64,000 bases of DNA from Pseudovirgaria hyperparasitica (Eukaryota), in assembly GCA_010093815.1 (NCBI GenBank), contig ML996567.1. One strand, written 5' to 3'. The notes beneath the pieces are model-generated. The model saw nothing but the letters and a program-made list of their open reading frames with translations, made no database searches and was not told the DNA's origin. Of this stretch, positions 49,236 through 64,000 are shown piece by piece. The position numbers were made by a program, and so were the translations under genes. The stretch's first letter is position 1, and every line of letters begins with the position of its first letter.

Positions 49236-49664
49236 ATAGACGCATATATAGAGCAGGGCATGGCGGTTCGGTTTGTTTGCATAAGCATTTGCGCGGCGTT
49301 TCGGGTACAACATCCAGAGAGATGTTGCTTCTTTGATCTTTCTGTCAACACGGAGACATATTACTACCTATCCTTGTCAATATCACTGTTATTTCTCTGA
49401 CCGCGGTAGAGTTTCGTGGAACGTCAAAAGTCTGCATTCCTGGAATTTCGAATTTGAACGGATATGCCGCTGTACATCTCGATCTATATTTGACAGCCGA
49501 AAAGCAAGCACTCGTCTAGTCTTCCTGTCCATTTATCGTTTTAACATACAACGCGCATTGTGACGCATTTGCAAAGGCTTCGACCAGATGCTGCTGTTGT
49601 GCATACCACCCACCTCACCTCAGCATTCAGCCCAATCTTCCTGCCTTGGCTAGCATAGATCACC

Positions 49665-49699
49665 AGCATAGCATAGCATAGCATAGCATAGCATAGCAT
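49665..49699. repeat. (AGCAT)7 microsatellite
   Basis: Seven perfect pentamer copies read directly. Confidence 0.9.
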
Positions 49700-49923
49700 G
49701 TTCCGCGGTGAGGATAGCTGTGAAAAGTCGTATTCATGTACTCATCAAGCTCTCATCTACCCAACGCCAGAGTCCTTTTCCTAAAAGCCCCTACGTGGAT
49801 CTCGGGACACAAACACTAACCACTAATTGTTACACCCGTGCTGCGCATATATGCACGCACACGACGTATTGTGGAGTCTGGCTGCATTGTTGTCGTATCC
49901 TTGGGCTTTTCATAATTCGTTGA

Positions 49924-49953
49924 AGAGAGAGAGAGAGTGTGTGTGAGAGAGAG
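49924..49953. repeat. Compound (AG)n(TG)n(AG)n microsatellite
   Basis: agagagagagagagtgtgtgtgagagagag read directly. Confidence 0.75.
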
Positions 49954-50181
49954 CAAACAGTGAGGAAAATAATTCCATTTGACAATCAAGAAAATAACAT
50001 TCCGAAAGTGTTAAAAAGTTGGGCCGACTGACTACGTAGGTAGACCTCCTACTTGAGCTGTGAACGCCGAAATATGGATTGCAAGTCGCTGGCTGGTTTT
50101 TTCTTCGGGTTTCTCCCCCTGCCCTCCTTCCTTTTCGTAAACTAGAGTTCATCATGTCCAGCCATGTCCACGGCGTTTTCA

Positions 50182-51813
50182 TTACCACCTTTCAACGGTG
50201 ACTAACCACCCATCTCCGAGAACCTTTCCATCCCCTGCAACGCCACCCCATACCACGACACTCGAGCTATCACTTTCCTGGCTCGCGACCGCGAATTGAC
50301 CCCGGCTCCCGATCCCTTTGCCCCTGCCATCCAGACTGCGGCCCTCGGGCCTGACATCTCCATCTTTATCAAGATACAGATAACGGACCTCCGCCCACGC
50401 GCTCCCATCCGCACTACTTCCCGGTCTCTCAGCGCTCTTGGTTGCTGCTGCGCTAGCACTGCGCATCCGACTGGCTGCCGCGTCTTTGATCCCTGCTGCG
50501 GTGTTCATGGCTGCAGGGAGTGCGTATGTCCATACATCGTCAAAGTATGCGACGGGTGAGCCGGGTGCGGCGCTCGTTTGGCCGCCGATGAGAAGGAGGT
50601 GGCGTCGGCCTTGGCCGGTGGTGATTGTGGCCAGGCCCGCATGTGTACGTTCGCGCGGGCCGAGACCGTTGATATACGGGTGCGAGTGCCAGGGGCGGGC
50701 ATGTAGGGGCGTGGATGCGTCGGAGGTGCTGCTGGACGGGGCGGGGGTTAAGACGTTTGTAAGGGAGAAGGAGTCAATGCCACCGCCGAGATGCTGTGTA
50801 CCGTCGTAGCCGCCAAAGCGGAAGAGAGTTTGAGACGCCACTGCGAGGGAAGACCCGGTCCGGGCCGGAGCAGGTGGTGAGGGGAGTTGCCTCCAGGCGC
50901 GGGTACGGATATCGAAGGCCCAGGCATCGGAGAGGAGGGAATTATCGGCGAGAGAGCGTCCATTGGCGATGATGAGAGTACCCCAGGAATCTTTTTCGGG
51001 GACATCGGGGACCTTGAGCGATATCATTAATTGATGTATGCTTGTGAATGTTAGAGTTGAGGAAACTCACTGTCTTCGCTGGGTCCATAGGTGTCTGCGG
51101 TAATGGATCATGTACGTTCTGCTTCAGCTGTGGACCAGGCTCGTCACTGCTTGCAGCACCATGGAGGCTCCTGGTGGGTGGAGCGGTGCCATCAGCTGGA
51201 TCTAAAGCTGACCATGCTTTGATTGTGGTGTCAAACACCCAAACTCGTCCCGGGTACGCGCTATCCACAGCCTGTCCCTTCTCGTCTTCGCCTCCGTAGA
51301 TATATATGTTGTCTCCGACCACGACAGCGCTGTGTCCCTTTCTGCTTGCAGGTATAGCTCCTGTCTGACTTTCCAAAGCTGCACCTTCCCGTAGTGTTTT
51401 CGCTCTAGCTTCGATATTTGTGACTACGTCTCGTCAGCCTTACTACCATTTTACCATGAAAGTGACCCACAATCAGCATCAAGAACTCCACCACTTGGCA
51501 AGATGATCATATACATGTCATTATCTGCCAAAGCTCCGCCTGCACTCTCTCCTCCAAAGATATAGGCGCGGCCCTTGACGACTGCAAGAGAATGGCCAGC
51601 GCGATTGACCGGCGCAGATGTGACATTGGCAAATGTCGCCTTGAGTGAGGCATGGCCAGACGTCACACCTTTAGCGAAATTGACAGCGCCTTGTAACATA
51701 GACGAGCCAGTGTTCATGGCGCCTTGGGCTGCAGAATTGACTTTTGGATTGGAGGAGAGCTTCGACTGGGCGTCGGAGACGACTTTTTCGAACTTCGACT
51801 TGAAAGACTTCAT
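50182..51813 (-). CDS. Kelch-repeat beta-propeller protein; exons 51813..51471, 51423..51071, 51012..50182
   Basis: Repeated kelch blades: RAGHSLAVVKGRAYIFGGE, RKGHSAVVVGDNIYIYGGE, RTGSSLAV..LFRFGGYDG, LLLIGG and VVVWGG. The introns restore the frame. Confidence 0.85.
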
Positions 51814-52223
51814 GATTGGCGTATGAACGATGCGATTTCTTGTGGACTGTAAAGTGGCAGCCAGGATAACTTAAGAGATTGAAGGAAACTTGCGAGCAAG
51901 GCAGAGCTGAATGAGCTGATGCGAACTGGTAGAGCAGGGCTGAAGGGTGACGTAGCGCGGGGGCCCTAAGGCGTTCCTGGCTGCGCCTCAGCTGCACAGA
52001 CGTTGATGCACGCGACCGGATCGCGGCTTGAAATATCAATGAGTGAATTATATCATAGTATGGAACATCAGCAGAAGTCCTCTGAACTTCAATGCCTCTA
52101 TATAATCAGCAACTACCGTCCGAATGATCATTATACCTATCCACGTGTCCCTCGTAACAACATGATCCGCTCCTAACTCCTTTGATTGACAATGCGTTCT
52201 TGTCCAATTGTCCCATATTATTA

Positions 52224-54379
52224 TCAAATATTCGGTGAAAGCTGGTCATATTTTACACATGCTTCGATAGTCTCAACAGATGCCTGTAACAGACTTCTTG
52301 CTTCGAGACCAGCCCATACTTTGAGCATGGAGAAATCTCCACCTCGTAACATCGAAGAACCTGATTGAGCGCCCAGTTGTCGAAGGATCGGGAGAGCACT
52401 TAATGAGTTTCAGTATGCAAAATCTTCCCACAATGTTATTACGAGACTTACCCTGCAAATAAATCTAGGTTCGGATCTAGATTTCTCCCAATGCCTTCCA
52501 GAAGCAGAATACTCAGGACGACATTCACGAAATCGCCCTCAAGCCTAACATGATGCCCACGCACCATGCTCAGCACTTCATTCAAAATGTCACCAATCTT
52601 AATCTTTCCCAATGCGAAAGTTCGACTCTTGACGCCTAGCACAAGATGCTGCATCCTAAGTGCAAAGACTTCTTTGTCTAAGACCGCCTCGGGTTGCCGA
52701 CAACGTTCGACCATCAAATGTCCGGCCTTGTAGCCATCGAATTCTGCGACGGCTTTGAAGAGATCCAGGAAATTTGCCCTGTTCGTTGCGTTCAGCTCGG
52801 TTACTAGACCAGTGTCAATGAAGATCAGCTGTGGTCGGTATCCTTCGTTGTCTATCTGTGCTAGCTGTTTCGTCCACTCGGCCTTGTTCTTCTTGTGTGG
52901 CCGAAGACGACTTAGCACTTCTTCTGTCACATCAGTAGACTCCTGAGGGGTAGATTTGGCCTGCTTGCTGAACTTGGGAACATCGAGCTGCTCCGGCTTG
53001 TAGAAACGGACCATGATGTTTCCAGGGTGGAGATCGGCGTGAATGAAATTGTCGATGAGGACCATAGTCAGAAATGCGTCCAAGCCCTCGTCTGCAATGT
53101 CCTTCTGAAACACTCCACCGCCGTTCTCGAGAAAGTCGCTCAACGGGATGCCGTGGGCAAACTCTTCGATCAGGACTTGTCGTGTGGTGTAGTCTGTATA
53201 CGGGTAGGGGAACCAAGCCGTAGTTCGGTTCGCGAAGTTCTTACGGAATACCGTGAGATTGGCCGATTCTATGCGCAGGTCTAATTGTAGCTTCATCATA
53301 TTCCCAAAGACCCTGACCTCATCCGGGAACGAAAGCCATTCCATTCCAGGCAGTACATTGATAATACTAGCGAACGCGCCCATGATCTTGATATCTCGTT
53401 GCACTATCTTATCGATGCCCGGATGCAGAACTTTGATGGCAACGTAGCTTGATGGCTTCCTCTGCGGGACATGCTTGAGCGTGACATCAACACCTTTCCT
53501 GAACCTTTGTCTAAGATTAGGCTCATCGAGATCCACGTCAGGAGGAACCGTCAGATCGTCTTTGAGTTTAGCCTTGTAGACCTGTGCGATCGCTCCCACC
53601 CCTAGAGGCTTCTCATCAAACTCCTCGAATATATCTTCAAATGATCGACCACCAAATGCTCTTTCTATAGTCTTCTTGGTACTCGCCATCGAGTGTGCTG
53701 GTGCATCTGAATGTAGACTCGACATTACCGCACAGAGTTCGTTAGGAAAGATATCTGTCCGTGATGCTGCCCATTGACCAAGCTATGGTCTCGTTAGCTT
53801 TCAATTGCACTCCATCTGGTCTTGAGACTTGACCTTTATAAATGCAGCTCCCGCTCTTTCCATGGACTTAACCAGGAACCAGTACCAGAAAAGCGTCCCG
53901 GACCGCTCATTATCTCTATCCTTCCGCCTTTTTCCAAACCATATCGCTGGAATCGTCGCGATCACTGGGACGAATATGACAACCAAATGCAAGAATCGAA
54001 ACGCCGTACATATCGGCTCCCAAATATAATAGTCCACAAAGTAATATATCGTTCTCCGATACTTCTTCGAGTTCTGGAGAGGTTTCGGCACCTGCTTCTT
54101 CAATTCCTCTCTTGATGCTTTGAGCATGAGCTCCTCGCCGGTCTGCCCATCTTCCGGGTCATGATCGCTTATGTCAACGAATGCAAGAGGACTGAGAGAT
54201 GCAACAAAGGCAGTCTTGCCGTATGGTGGTTTCGGCGGCCTCTTGAAATGCTTGAAGGGGCGCTGAAGCACGGAATACTCTTTGAAGAGGCGTCGCGTCG
54301 TTGTCGGAGTTGCATTGCGGGTGCAAGAGGTCAGCGCAGGGCGGAGACATGCGCTACTGAAGAGGAGCACTGTCCTCAT
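52224..54379 (-). CDS. Mitochondrial ABC1/UbiB atypical kinase, ADCK2/yeast Cqd1 (YPL109C)-type; exons 54379..53834, 53782..52452, 52398..52224
   Basis: Basic N-terminal presequence, KxGQ motif (AFIK|LGQWAASR), A-rich loop LGVGAIAQVYKA, VAIKV, QLDLRIE, HADLHPGN and IDTGL. The last exon ends CVKYDQLSPNI*. Confidence 0.88.
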
Positions 54380-54696
54380 AGTAGCTTTGCATGGGGGTAT
54401 ATGGCTGGCGACACTGATGGAGGTCTTGATGCATTGGGTCAGAGTTAGAGCATGTTCGACCGAGTCACGACGTCATTCTTGGCAGCCAGATGAATGTACC
54501 CATCCGGATATAATGAGCTAGCCGAGCTTTGTCCGAGGAACTCCTCAACGTTCACGTTGTTGCATTGCATCGGATATCAATAAAGAGAAAACTTCTGAAG
54601 ATAGACTTTATGGATATAAACGTCAAAACGTATTGGAAACAATCATCCCAATCAAGGTATGGCCACCGCTAAATACACTGTACATAATCTGAATAT

Positions 54697-56477
<1,781 letters not shown>

Positions 56478-58777
56478 TCAATATATAGTTTATCGCCATA
56501 GGTCCAGGGTGGATGCCGCACAAGCCAGTGTGTTCATACTACCGGCAAATCGACCAACCCATGGCACAGCCTACTATGATGAAGCCGACACACGCATCGG
56601 TGACCAAGTATATGACGAAAGTGAGATATTACAGCTCTTCCGCCGATCGTATAGCAGATGTACGCCACTTCTTCTGATCACTGCAATCAAGTTTGCAACC
56701 GACCATCAAAGAGCAAGCATCTCGATCTAGGGTCTTGTTCCGTATCACATTAGCGAGTCGTGAATATGGATGGGATGACTACTATGGTATCCAGGGTGAT
56801 AGATTTTAGCGTGTCAAAATCTTGTCTTTTTTGTCCATGCTTGTTTAAGGGTAATATTCACAGGTTAGGAGCTAGACTACTATAGGTCATGAGAAGTGGT
56901 CTGATCAGAAAAAAATCTTTAAACTCGGTCGTAACTCAGCTGAATAAGCTGATTGGGGTCCTTGTTGTCACGCGAATATCTACACGCTGATTATCATAGT
57001 ATCGTCCGTTTGTCCGTAACCTTGAAACGCATGCTTTCTCCGGTTGTGTGGAAGAAGGCAAGGTATCTTGGAGTCTTGGACGATTGTAAGACGTCTTGTG
57101 TAGCATTGTCCTCTGGTACAGCTCGGTATGTCGAAGGTGATTGACATGTAAGAGATGCACACGATGTCTTGATTGGCTGCTGAAGTTGGAACTGGGCGGT
57201 ATGTGAAGTCAGACTAAGGGAACAAGACAGGCGGAGTAGCTATCATTTGCATGTGGGGAAAACAGACCCGGGATGCGGGGTATTCTTCTGTTTGCGGGAC
57301 AGGAATAACTGACATGATCTTACAAGGGATGTTAGCCGAGACAGCATCATGAATAAGGGGCTTTTCCGCTCACGCTTGGATGGGACGCGGGCGTGGAGAC
57401 GCATCCATCCGTAGACTGTCTTCTCCACAGCCTTGTGTATTCACTTTGCCTCGAACTCATCAATCTTCCAAAGGATATGCCAATCAAGCTCTCGATTTGT
57501 TCGGCTTACTAGCTGAAGTATACCACAAATGGTTGACGCTTGAATGTAGGAAATTTCAAGCTAGCAATAAGAATAGATCGGACCAGAGTCGTATCTAATG
57601 ATACTTACATCACTTGTGCTAAAGTCTGTAGATACATCCCCTTGGCCGGTGGACCTCGGTACGTTTGCATTGAAGTATACGCTGGATATGACTAGATACA
57701 TATAATGCTAGAGCTGGGGTGGCATGAGTATATAGTACCATTGTGAAGTATGAACGTAAATACCCCCAAGTGCACTTCTTTATTCCTCGCGTGCGCCTTT
57801 CTATATGCCTCCTGCGGCGAACGAGAAAGCCTTGAAAGTTGACTTTGAGGAATCCGACTGCCTCATGTGAACTTAGAGATCATCTCAATATGATTCTTGG
57901 AAAATCCTCTGTATTGGCACAAGGGCTCTAGATTTCTATCGCATCATCTTGGCTGCAGAATCCAACCCAATGTCTTACCGTCAAGTAGCGAGGAGCAAAT
58001 ACGTGGAGCCTTCGGCGTTGTGGACCCGTCGAGGGTCTATTTGTTAGCAATGGATCTAGTTCCATGAGTCACACAGAAACATACGTATGCTGTAATGGAT
58101 AAGAATTAAAAGATACGCATACGACGCCTCCAAAATGAGTAGCTACAAAGAATATCAACGAGACGATAGGCTACCAACGAAGGAAGTGCCTAGTTCCACA
58201 ATGAGGGCGTCCGTAACGGGGAATGTGTAATGTGAAATGTGAAATGGGAAAAGTAAACATGAGAAAAATCCAACTACGCTTTTGTTTTCCATCTTCTTTC
58301 GCTTGCCAAGAACTCCATCAGCGCCAGCCCTAGTAAATAATGTCAGGCACCTTCCTCTTGAAATCCTAAGTTCGTGGCTTTGATAGCCAACGCTTCCAGG
58401 AGATAAAAGTGCGTTTTTGGAAAGCCAAGAGGACCCATTGTCGAGGCTTTATGTCGTGGAACGGTAATATCCAGCATTCTCAGGTGTAAGTAATAGCAAT
58501 CTCACGGCAGAGTAATCCCAAGGCATCTAGGTAGCCATGTTGAATGTAGCATACCTGAAAGGCTCAATAGGCCATTCTTGAGCTGGAAAGGTGATAGAGC
58601 AGGCTGGTGAGACGCAAAAAAGGCGATGGGAGGATTTGAACACCCAGACGTTGAGGCTGGCGCGATTGATATTGTACCGGCGAAGTTTTCAGTGTGTAAG
58701 GTAGGCTTGGTGATGGATGGTATTTTCGAGTTGAAGGCAGTTATTGAACCGTCTCACAATCCAGAAATTGCGACATG

Positions 58778-60297
58778 TCAGATGGCATTGATCTTGTGGA
58801 ACATGTCATGCAACTCTTGGTCCTCCTGAGCCTGAGCCTTTTCAGCCTTACTGAGGGCTTTCTTGCGGCGCTTTTCGATAGGCTTGGAGTATGAACGAGC
58901 CTCATGATCGGCGATACGGTACAAAAGCATGTCCTTGGTTCCGCCGGTTGGGCGGCCGATCTCGCGGCATCGTGCCTTCAGTGCTGGAATAGTCATTCTC
59001 TCATCACTAACGTAGAGACGATTGACCATCTGCAACTTCTTGCCCCTATTGTTGATCCCCTTCTTCTTGCATAGATGTCGGAGATCCTCCACTGACATGT
59101 CCTCTCGCGGGTCGATGACTCTCTCATCGTCATCTGAGCCTATCTCATCGTCGGCAGCCACCTGCTTGCCTTTGTCTCTTGCAGCACGTACCTTGATGTG
59201 GTGGGCGAACATTGCGGCCTTAGCCTCAGCTGCCTTATTCAACCGCATCTCAGTCTCTTTCTTGAGACGTTCTTCTTTACGATCCATGGCCTTTACAGTA
59301 CGCATCTCCTTGAGACGCTTGGCCGTTGCCTCTTGAGCCTCTTGTTTCTTGATTGCGGCCGCCTCGAGTGCTAAGTTCTTGCGTCTTTCGTTCTCAGCTG
59401 CTGCAACTCGAGCGTCTCGCTCAGTCTTGACTCTCTCGGGCTCGTCGTGAACATCGACTGGGATGCAAGCAGTGCCATTTACAAGGCCATTGTATCGGTC
59501 GTAGCAAGCTTTCGCAGAATACTTGGAAGTAGGCACTTCTTTACGCATTGCCGTGGCAACCATTCGAAATCGTTTATCACGAATCCGTTTGAATGCAGCG
59601 TAAATCTCTTCATTTACTTTCTGGTATGCCTTCATAAGTTCTTCGTCCTAGTAACATGTGATCAGTATCAGCTTGGCTTTTTATCAGTCTGGTGACTCAC
59701 ATCTTCAGCAGTCCATTCGACAAGTTCTCGTTCAAGGAGCTCGTCATATTCATTTTCTTGGGCACGCAAGACCCTAGTATAGCGACCAGTAATACTGGTA
59801 GTCGAATAGACAGTTCGGCCGTCACGCGCGAAAGCGTCAACTACTTGTTTGTCCGAGTAGCCCATGTTTTTCATCCATACCAGCATGGCATCATCATCAT
59901 CGGCTTGTGTATTGATAGCTTTGGGTGCCGCAGCTCGGCCTCCTTGGACACGCATAAGCTGCCGTTTGCCATTAGCACCTTCCTGGTAGACCGACATGAA
60001 GGTGAAGTCGATTGCAGAGTCAGTCTCGACACCGTTATTCCCCTGATCGACATCATGTGAGCTTTAATCATAGTCTGAACGATGTGTCGAGTGACTTACG
60101 TGAACCTCGCCGTTCTCATCATCATTACGCGTGCGGAGTATTACTAGAGACAAGTCAGGAGATGCAAAACTGGCTGGAAGGAACCTCTGACCTGGCAAAT
60201 CGACGGCAGGGTTCTTGCGACGACCACGGTTCTCGACTGGTTCAGCTATCGGCCTCTCGTCGTCATACTCATCGTAAAAGTGGAGGAAATCCGACAT
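58778..60297 (-). CDS. Hypothetical nuclear protein: helical/Myb-like region, charged coiled coil and two tandem SAP-like motifs; exons 60297..60100, 60042..59701, 59647..58778
   Basis: Two canonical introns join three track ORFs in frame. EWTAED|DEELMKAY...RFRMVATAM...YSAKACYDRY is Myb/SANT-like. MSVEDLRHLCKKKGINNRGKKLQMVNRL and MTIPALKARCREIGRPTGGTKDMLLYRI fit the SAP consensus. Confidence 0.75.
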
Positions 60298-61713
60298 GCT
60301 GATGAATTGTACTTATCGTACCCAAAGGACAATAGCAATGGGAAGCAATGGAAAGGCCTATTGAAGAGAGAGTTGCCGTTGCGATTTCAGGACGGAGCGT
60401 CACAAGATATGAGAAACGATGGATTTGCGGTGAAATTTTTCAGCTTATTAGCAAAGTTTCGTTGCTGGGTGACAAAGGTTTTTGGGTGACGCAAGGTGAA
60501 TGACGTGTTCTGGCTAAAAGGTCAGGAGAACTGTGACCCTCTGATGTAAACTGAAACCGTGATTGGTCTTCTGGGGGCTCAAGAAGGGATTTGATACCCA
60601 TGTGATAACTGCAGTGATGCGTTGCTCCAGAGAGATCTAGTGCTTGTTCAGTTCTCCGATCGTGTTCAATTGTTGAGCATGTATATGTTGTGGTGCATAT
60701 TATGAGCTGTGCTGTTTAGAGCGGAAGATTGAGGACATGAAACAGTGGACTTTGCCAATTTCGTGATGTTTGCGAATTCAACTTGCAAAGATGTGGGAAG
60801 ACAAGTGATAGATATATATCTGATATAAGAGAGAAGGGGATCGAGCGTTGATAGGATCAAATGAGATTTATATTGTAACGAGGAGGCATATGTAGAAGAG
60901 ATATCCGAGTGAACAGGATACCGATATCGGCGGTCTTATGATCCCATTGTTGTCTGATCACCAAGAACTCTAATATTCACTGTTGGCTTTCCTTGACTTA
61001 CCCTTTCGAACCGCGTTGAACTCTCTGAGTTGACGTACCGGATAATACAGGTGCATCTGCTATCTATGCTGAATTCGCAAATACTTTAATTCATGCCTTC
61101 TAGATTTCAGCCCCATGACTGCGAGGCTTATGGTCATCCTTCGATGTTGTGGGTGAGCTCGCTCCATTAATGGGAAAAGTTTTCATGGTTTGCTGGTCAT
61201 GACATTGGGTTGTTGGATTACTAGTCATGTCCTGTATTTCTCTATATGATTCATGGTTTTGATCGCAATGTGATGGCAGACGAACACAAAACAGAATTGA
61301 TATTGACCATAAACTTCACGATAGAAACAATTCAGAAGGCGGTCCGAGGTCAGGGAAGGGGGTATCGGATCCATTCTAAGCCCAACTGGGCTAGACTACA
61401 CGGTGCAGTCTTTATCCTAATGACGTCGAGGCCGCAGCATGTGAAAGTGAAAGATGTGGCTGGAGATGCCCCGCGATTGGGCATACAGCCGCTCTTACGC
61501 ACTCCAACCATAACTATGCGCCACATTGATCTCCAAACATTCTCGAAACAGGTTCTATACGAACTCGCCCCAAGGTCGACAATATAATACCTACCTGCCT
61601 TTGCCACAAGTTTTGAGTCCTCAGACATACATTCCATCACGCTCAAAGTCAACTCAAACTAGCCTGCATACGTTGAGTATATACCTGCCAGTGTACTTAC
61701 ATACGACGCCATC

Positions 61714-63080
61714 ATGGTCCTCGAATATTTCTCCCTCAAGAAGGCTGACCAGAAGACAAAACCACCTGTACAAGTCAAAGAACGTGAGACTCCTAGATCT
61801 CCTGTCTTGACTGAAGAAGAAGAACGCTTCTGGCGTGAGGTCACTGAAGAAAGCACACCTCCACCTCTTCCAGATCGGCCTCAGAAATCAAAAGATGCAC
61901 AAATAGCTTTGATGGACGGTGCAGAACAAGTCGCTTTGCCCACATCACCTCCAGCAGAGGAAGAGAAGAAGAAGAATAGGTTCTCGGCCTTCTACGAGAC
62001 GACCTTAGCCCGCGGTAATTCCGTGCTCAGCAAGAGAAAAGAGAAGGGAGATAGCAAAGAGAAGGAGAAGGATGATAAAAAGGAAGCCAAGAGCAAAGAC
62101 AAGAAAGGAAAGCAGAAGGAGACTCAAGCAGTTCCTGCGGTAGTCGAGCCTGCGGCAGACGTAGAGAAAGAGAACAGCGATCTCAACGCGGTCCTCGACC
62201 AACTCAACCTCGCAGCTGTGAACAACCGCGTTTTCAGCTTCTCCAAAGAATCACAAGAACTTCTCGACAAGTTCAAAATCATCCTGAAAGACATCGTCAA
62301 CGGCGTTCCCACGGCTTATGATGACCTCGAGAAACTTCTTCGCGGCTCTGAAGAGCAACTCAACAAGCTGTACGAAGGACTTCCCCCCTGGATCCAGTCT
62401 CTTGTGCGTTCTCTCCCCGCAAAGATGACTGCTGCCTTGGGACCCGAAGTCCTCGCAGCTGCGGCAGAAAAGCCTAGCCTCTCAGCCTCTGCAACAGGCG
62501 CATCGAAGAGCAAGAAGAAACGGCAGATTCCGTCCCTCAAGAGTCTCGTGACCGCACAAGGCGCCGTAGCCACGATGCTGCGCAGCATCCTGAACTTCCT
62601 GAAGCTGCGATTCCCCATGTTCATGACCGGTACAAACATGCTGCTCAGCTTAGCCGTCTTCAGTACGCCCCTCCCCGCCCTGTTCCCAGGTCTCTACAAG
62701 TGAGTGCTAACATCTTTACAGTCCTCCTCTTCGTCTTCTGGTACTGCCACAAGCGTGGCCGCGAGACCCGCCTCGAGACCGAACAACGCGAATCCAAAGA
62801 GCGCGCCGAGTCTGCCGCCAACTCCTCCGATTCCGACGCGGACGACAGCATCGTCCTCACGCCCACGAACTACTACGAGGAGTCGCTGAAGAAGCAGGCC
62901 GAGGAGCAGCGTGCGGCTAGCAATGCAACATCGTCCGAACCACCGTTGACGATTCATGATGACAGAGTTGATCAACGGCCCGTCAGTCCGCGGGTGGAGA
63001 ACCTGCCGAGTGTGCTGGATTTGCCGGAGCCGAAGGAGGTTCCCCTACCGAGTGCCACGCCTGGGGAAAAGAAGAACTAG
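61714..63080 (+). CDS. Conserved uncharacterised fungal single-pass membrane protein; exons 61714..62662, 62722..63080
   Basis: Block LDQLNLAAVNNRVFSFSKES...LKDIVNGVPTAYDDLEKL. TM segment NMLLSLAVF|ILLFVFWYCHKRGRE across a GTACGC...CTAAC...CAG intron. Confidence 0.82.
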
Positions 63081-64000
63081 AGGAAGGATGGGGAGTTCGC
63101 ATTGGTTCCAGAATGAATTCGCAGCGCAGGATTTTTTTTTGGGAAGGGGGAAGTATTGCACACACACGATAAATGAATGATCGTAACGAAGACGACACAA
63201 TGAGCTACCATAGTTTAATGAATTAATACCCCAGCACTCAAATCCATCGCATCGTTATCGTCGAGCAGAAATATTGATGGATAGCTCTGACGACAAACGT
63301 CACAGGAAACTAACTACACTCACCCACCCACAGACACTGTATATCTCCCCCTCATCCACTAATGCCTTGACCCCTATCTACGTGCAACTTCTTCTCTGTA
63401 CTGCATCCGAAAGGAAGCTACGACATGCCTTCCCACTTACCAGGACAGCTGCTGTATCACACCACAGCTCTTCTATCACATTCTCATCCCATACAACCAC
63501 ACCGATTCAATCCCAGTACCCCCAAAAATCTGAAATCTCAGTGTGCCTGCCGGCATGCATGCATCGTCGTTTACAGACCTCCAATTCTATTCCTTACTCT
63601 ACCGTTTGTTCTCCCTACTGGTTCGGTGGGTGGGTAGATGAGGATGGCAGTCTTACAGAGTTGATTCGCATGCAAGAATGATTTTACCCTTGTCCAGCTC
63701 GGTGAGGAGAACCCTCATTTTAACGACGCAGTACAATCAAATTCACTTTTCAAAAGAGGGACATATCTGAGGCGGCCTGATGTTTCTCATTGTTCTTGCT
63801 ACAACACTACGATCACCTAAACACTGATCCAAGCGGTACCTGCGGTTCCCAACGAGCACGAGGGTCTCTCGATTCCCACACAAGATAAGGAGCGAAATCG
63901 CCAAACACCCACTAGTACTACACAATCGCTAAACACAACGACATGATGGATAACGACAGATTGGGTTTGTCCAAATGTTTATAGGACAACATTTCATCCA

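Noticed and set aside
15263..51813. Nitrilase plus 'nitrile-specifier-like' kelch protein as a glucosinolate/nitrile system
   Set aside because: The genes are about 34 kb apart and the kelch similarity is generic to beta-propellers, with no supporting genes.
63677..63780. Possible snoRNA-like element near the window end
   Set aside because: Imperfect C box and no convincing guide sequence adjacent to a D box.

Overview
Gene-dense, intron-rich genomic DNA of a filamentous ascomycete (Pezizomycotina; the sequence alone does not fix the taxon further). I resolved about 24 protein-coding genes by hand-splicing, using GT-AG introns of mostly 45-110 nt with CTRAC-type branch points. Most are housekeeping genes: SSF1 (5' part, cut by the window edge), RRP3, 6-phosphofructokinase, eIF3L, BCS1, the divergent primary-metabolism fatty-acid synthase pair FAS2/FAS1, BRL1/BRR6, ARP6 and an ADCK2/Cqd1-type ABC1 kinase. 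Metabolic or accessory genes include a qa-4/qutC-like dehydratase, a nitrilase-family hydrolase, an OPT transporter, a probable GPI-anchored 5'-nucleotidase, an HSL-type esterase, a kelch protein and a Baeyer-Villiger monooxygenase. Several conserved or orphan genes have no known function. Two genes absent from the ORF track were found by reading: SSF1 exon 1 and a five-exon alkyltransferase-like (ATL) DNA-repair gene. I found no tRNA, rRNA, CRISPR array or recognisable transposon, and no convincing new multi-gene system. The best leads are single-gene ones: an Rts3-like phosphatase-regulator helix, a candidate Atg8-interacting small protein, a Myb-like plus tandem-SAP chromatin protein, a possibly catalytically dead papain-like orphan between SSF1 and RRP3, a GC-AG intron, and a heptamer CpcA-like array upstream of the OPT gene. 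All family assignments come from motifs recalled from memory, not from database searches.
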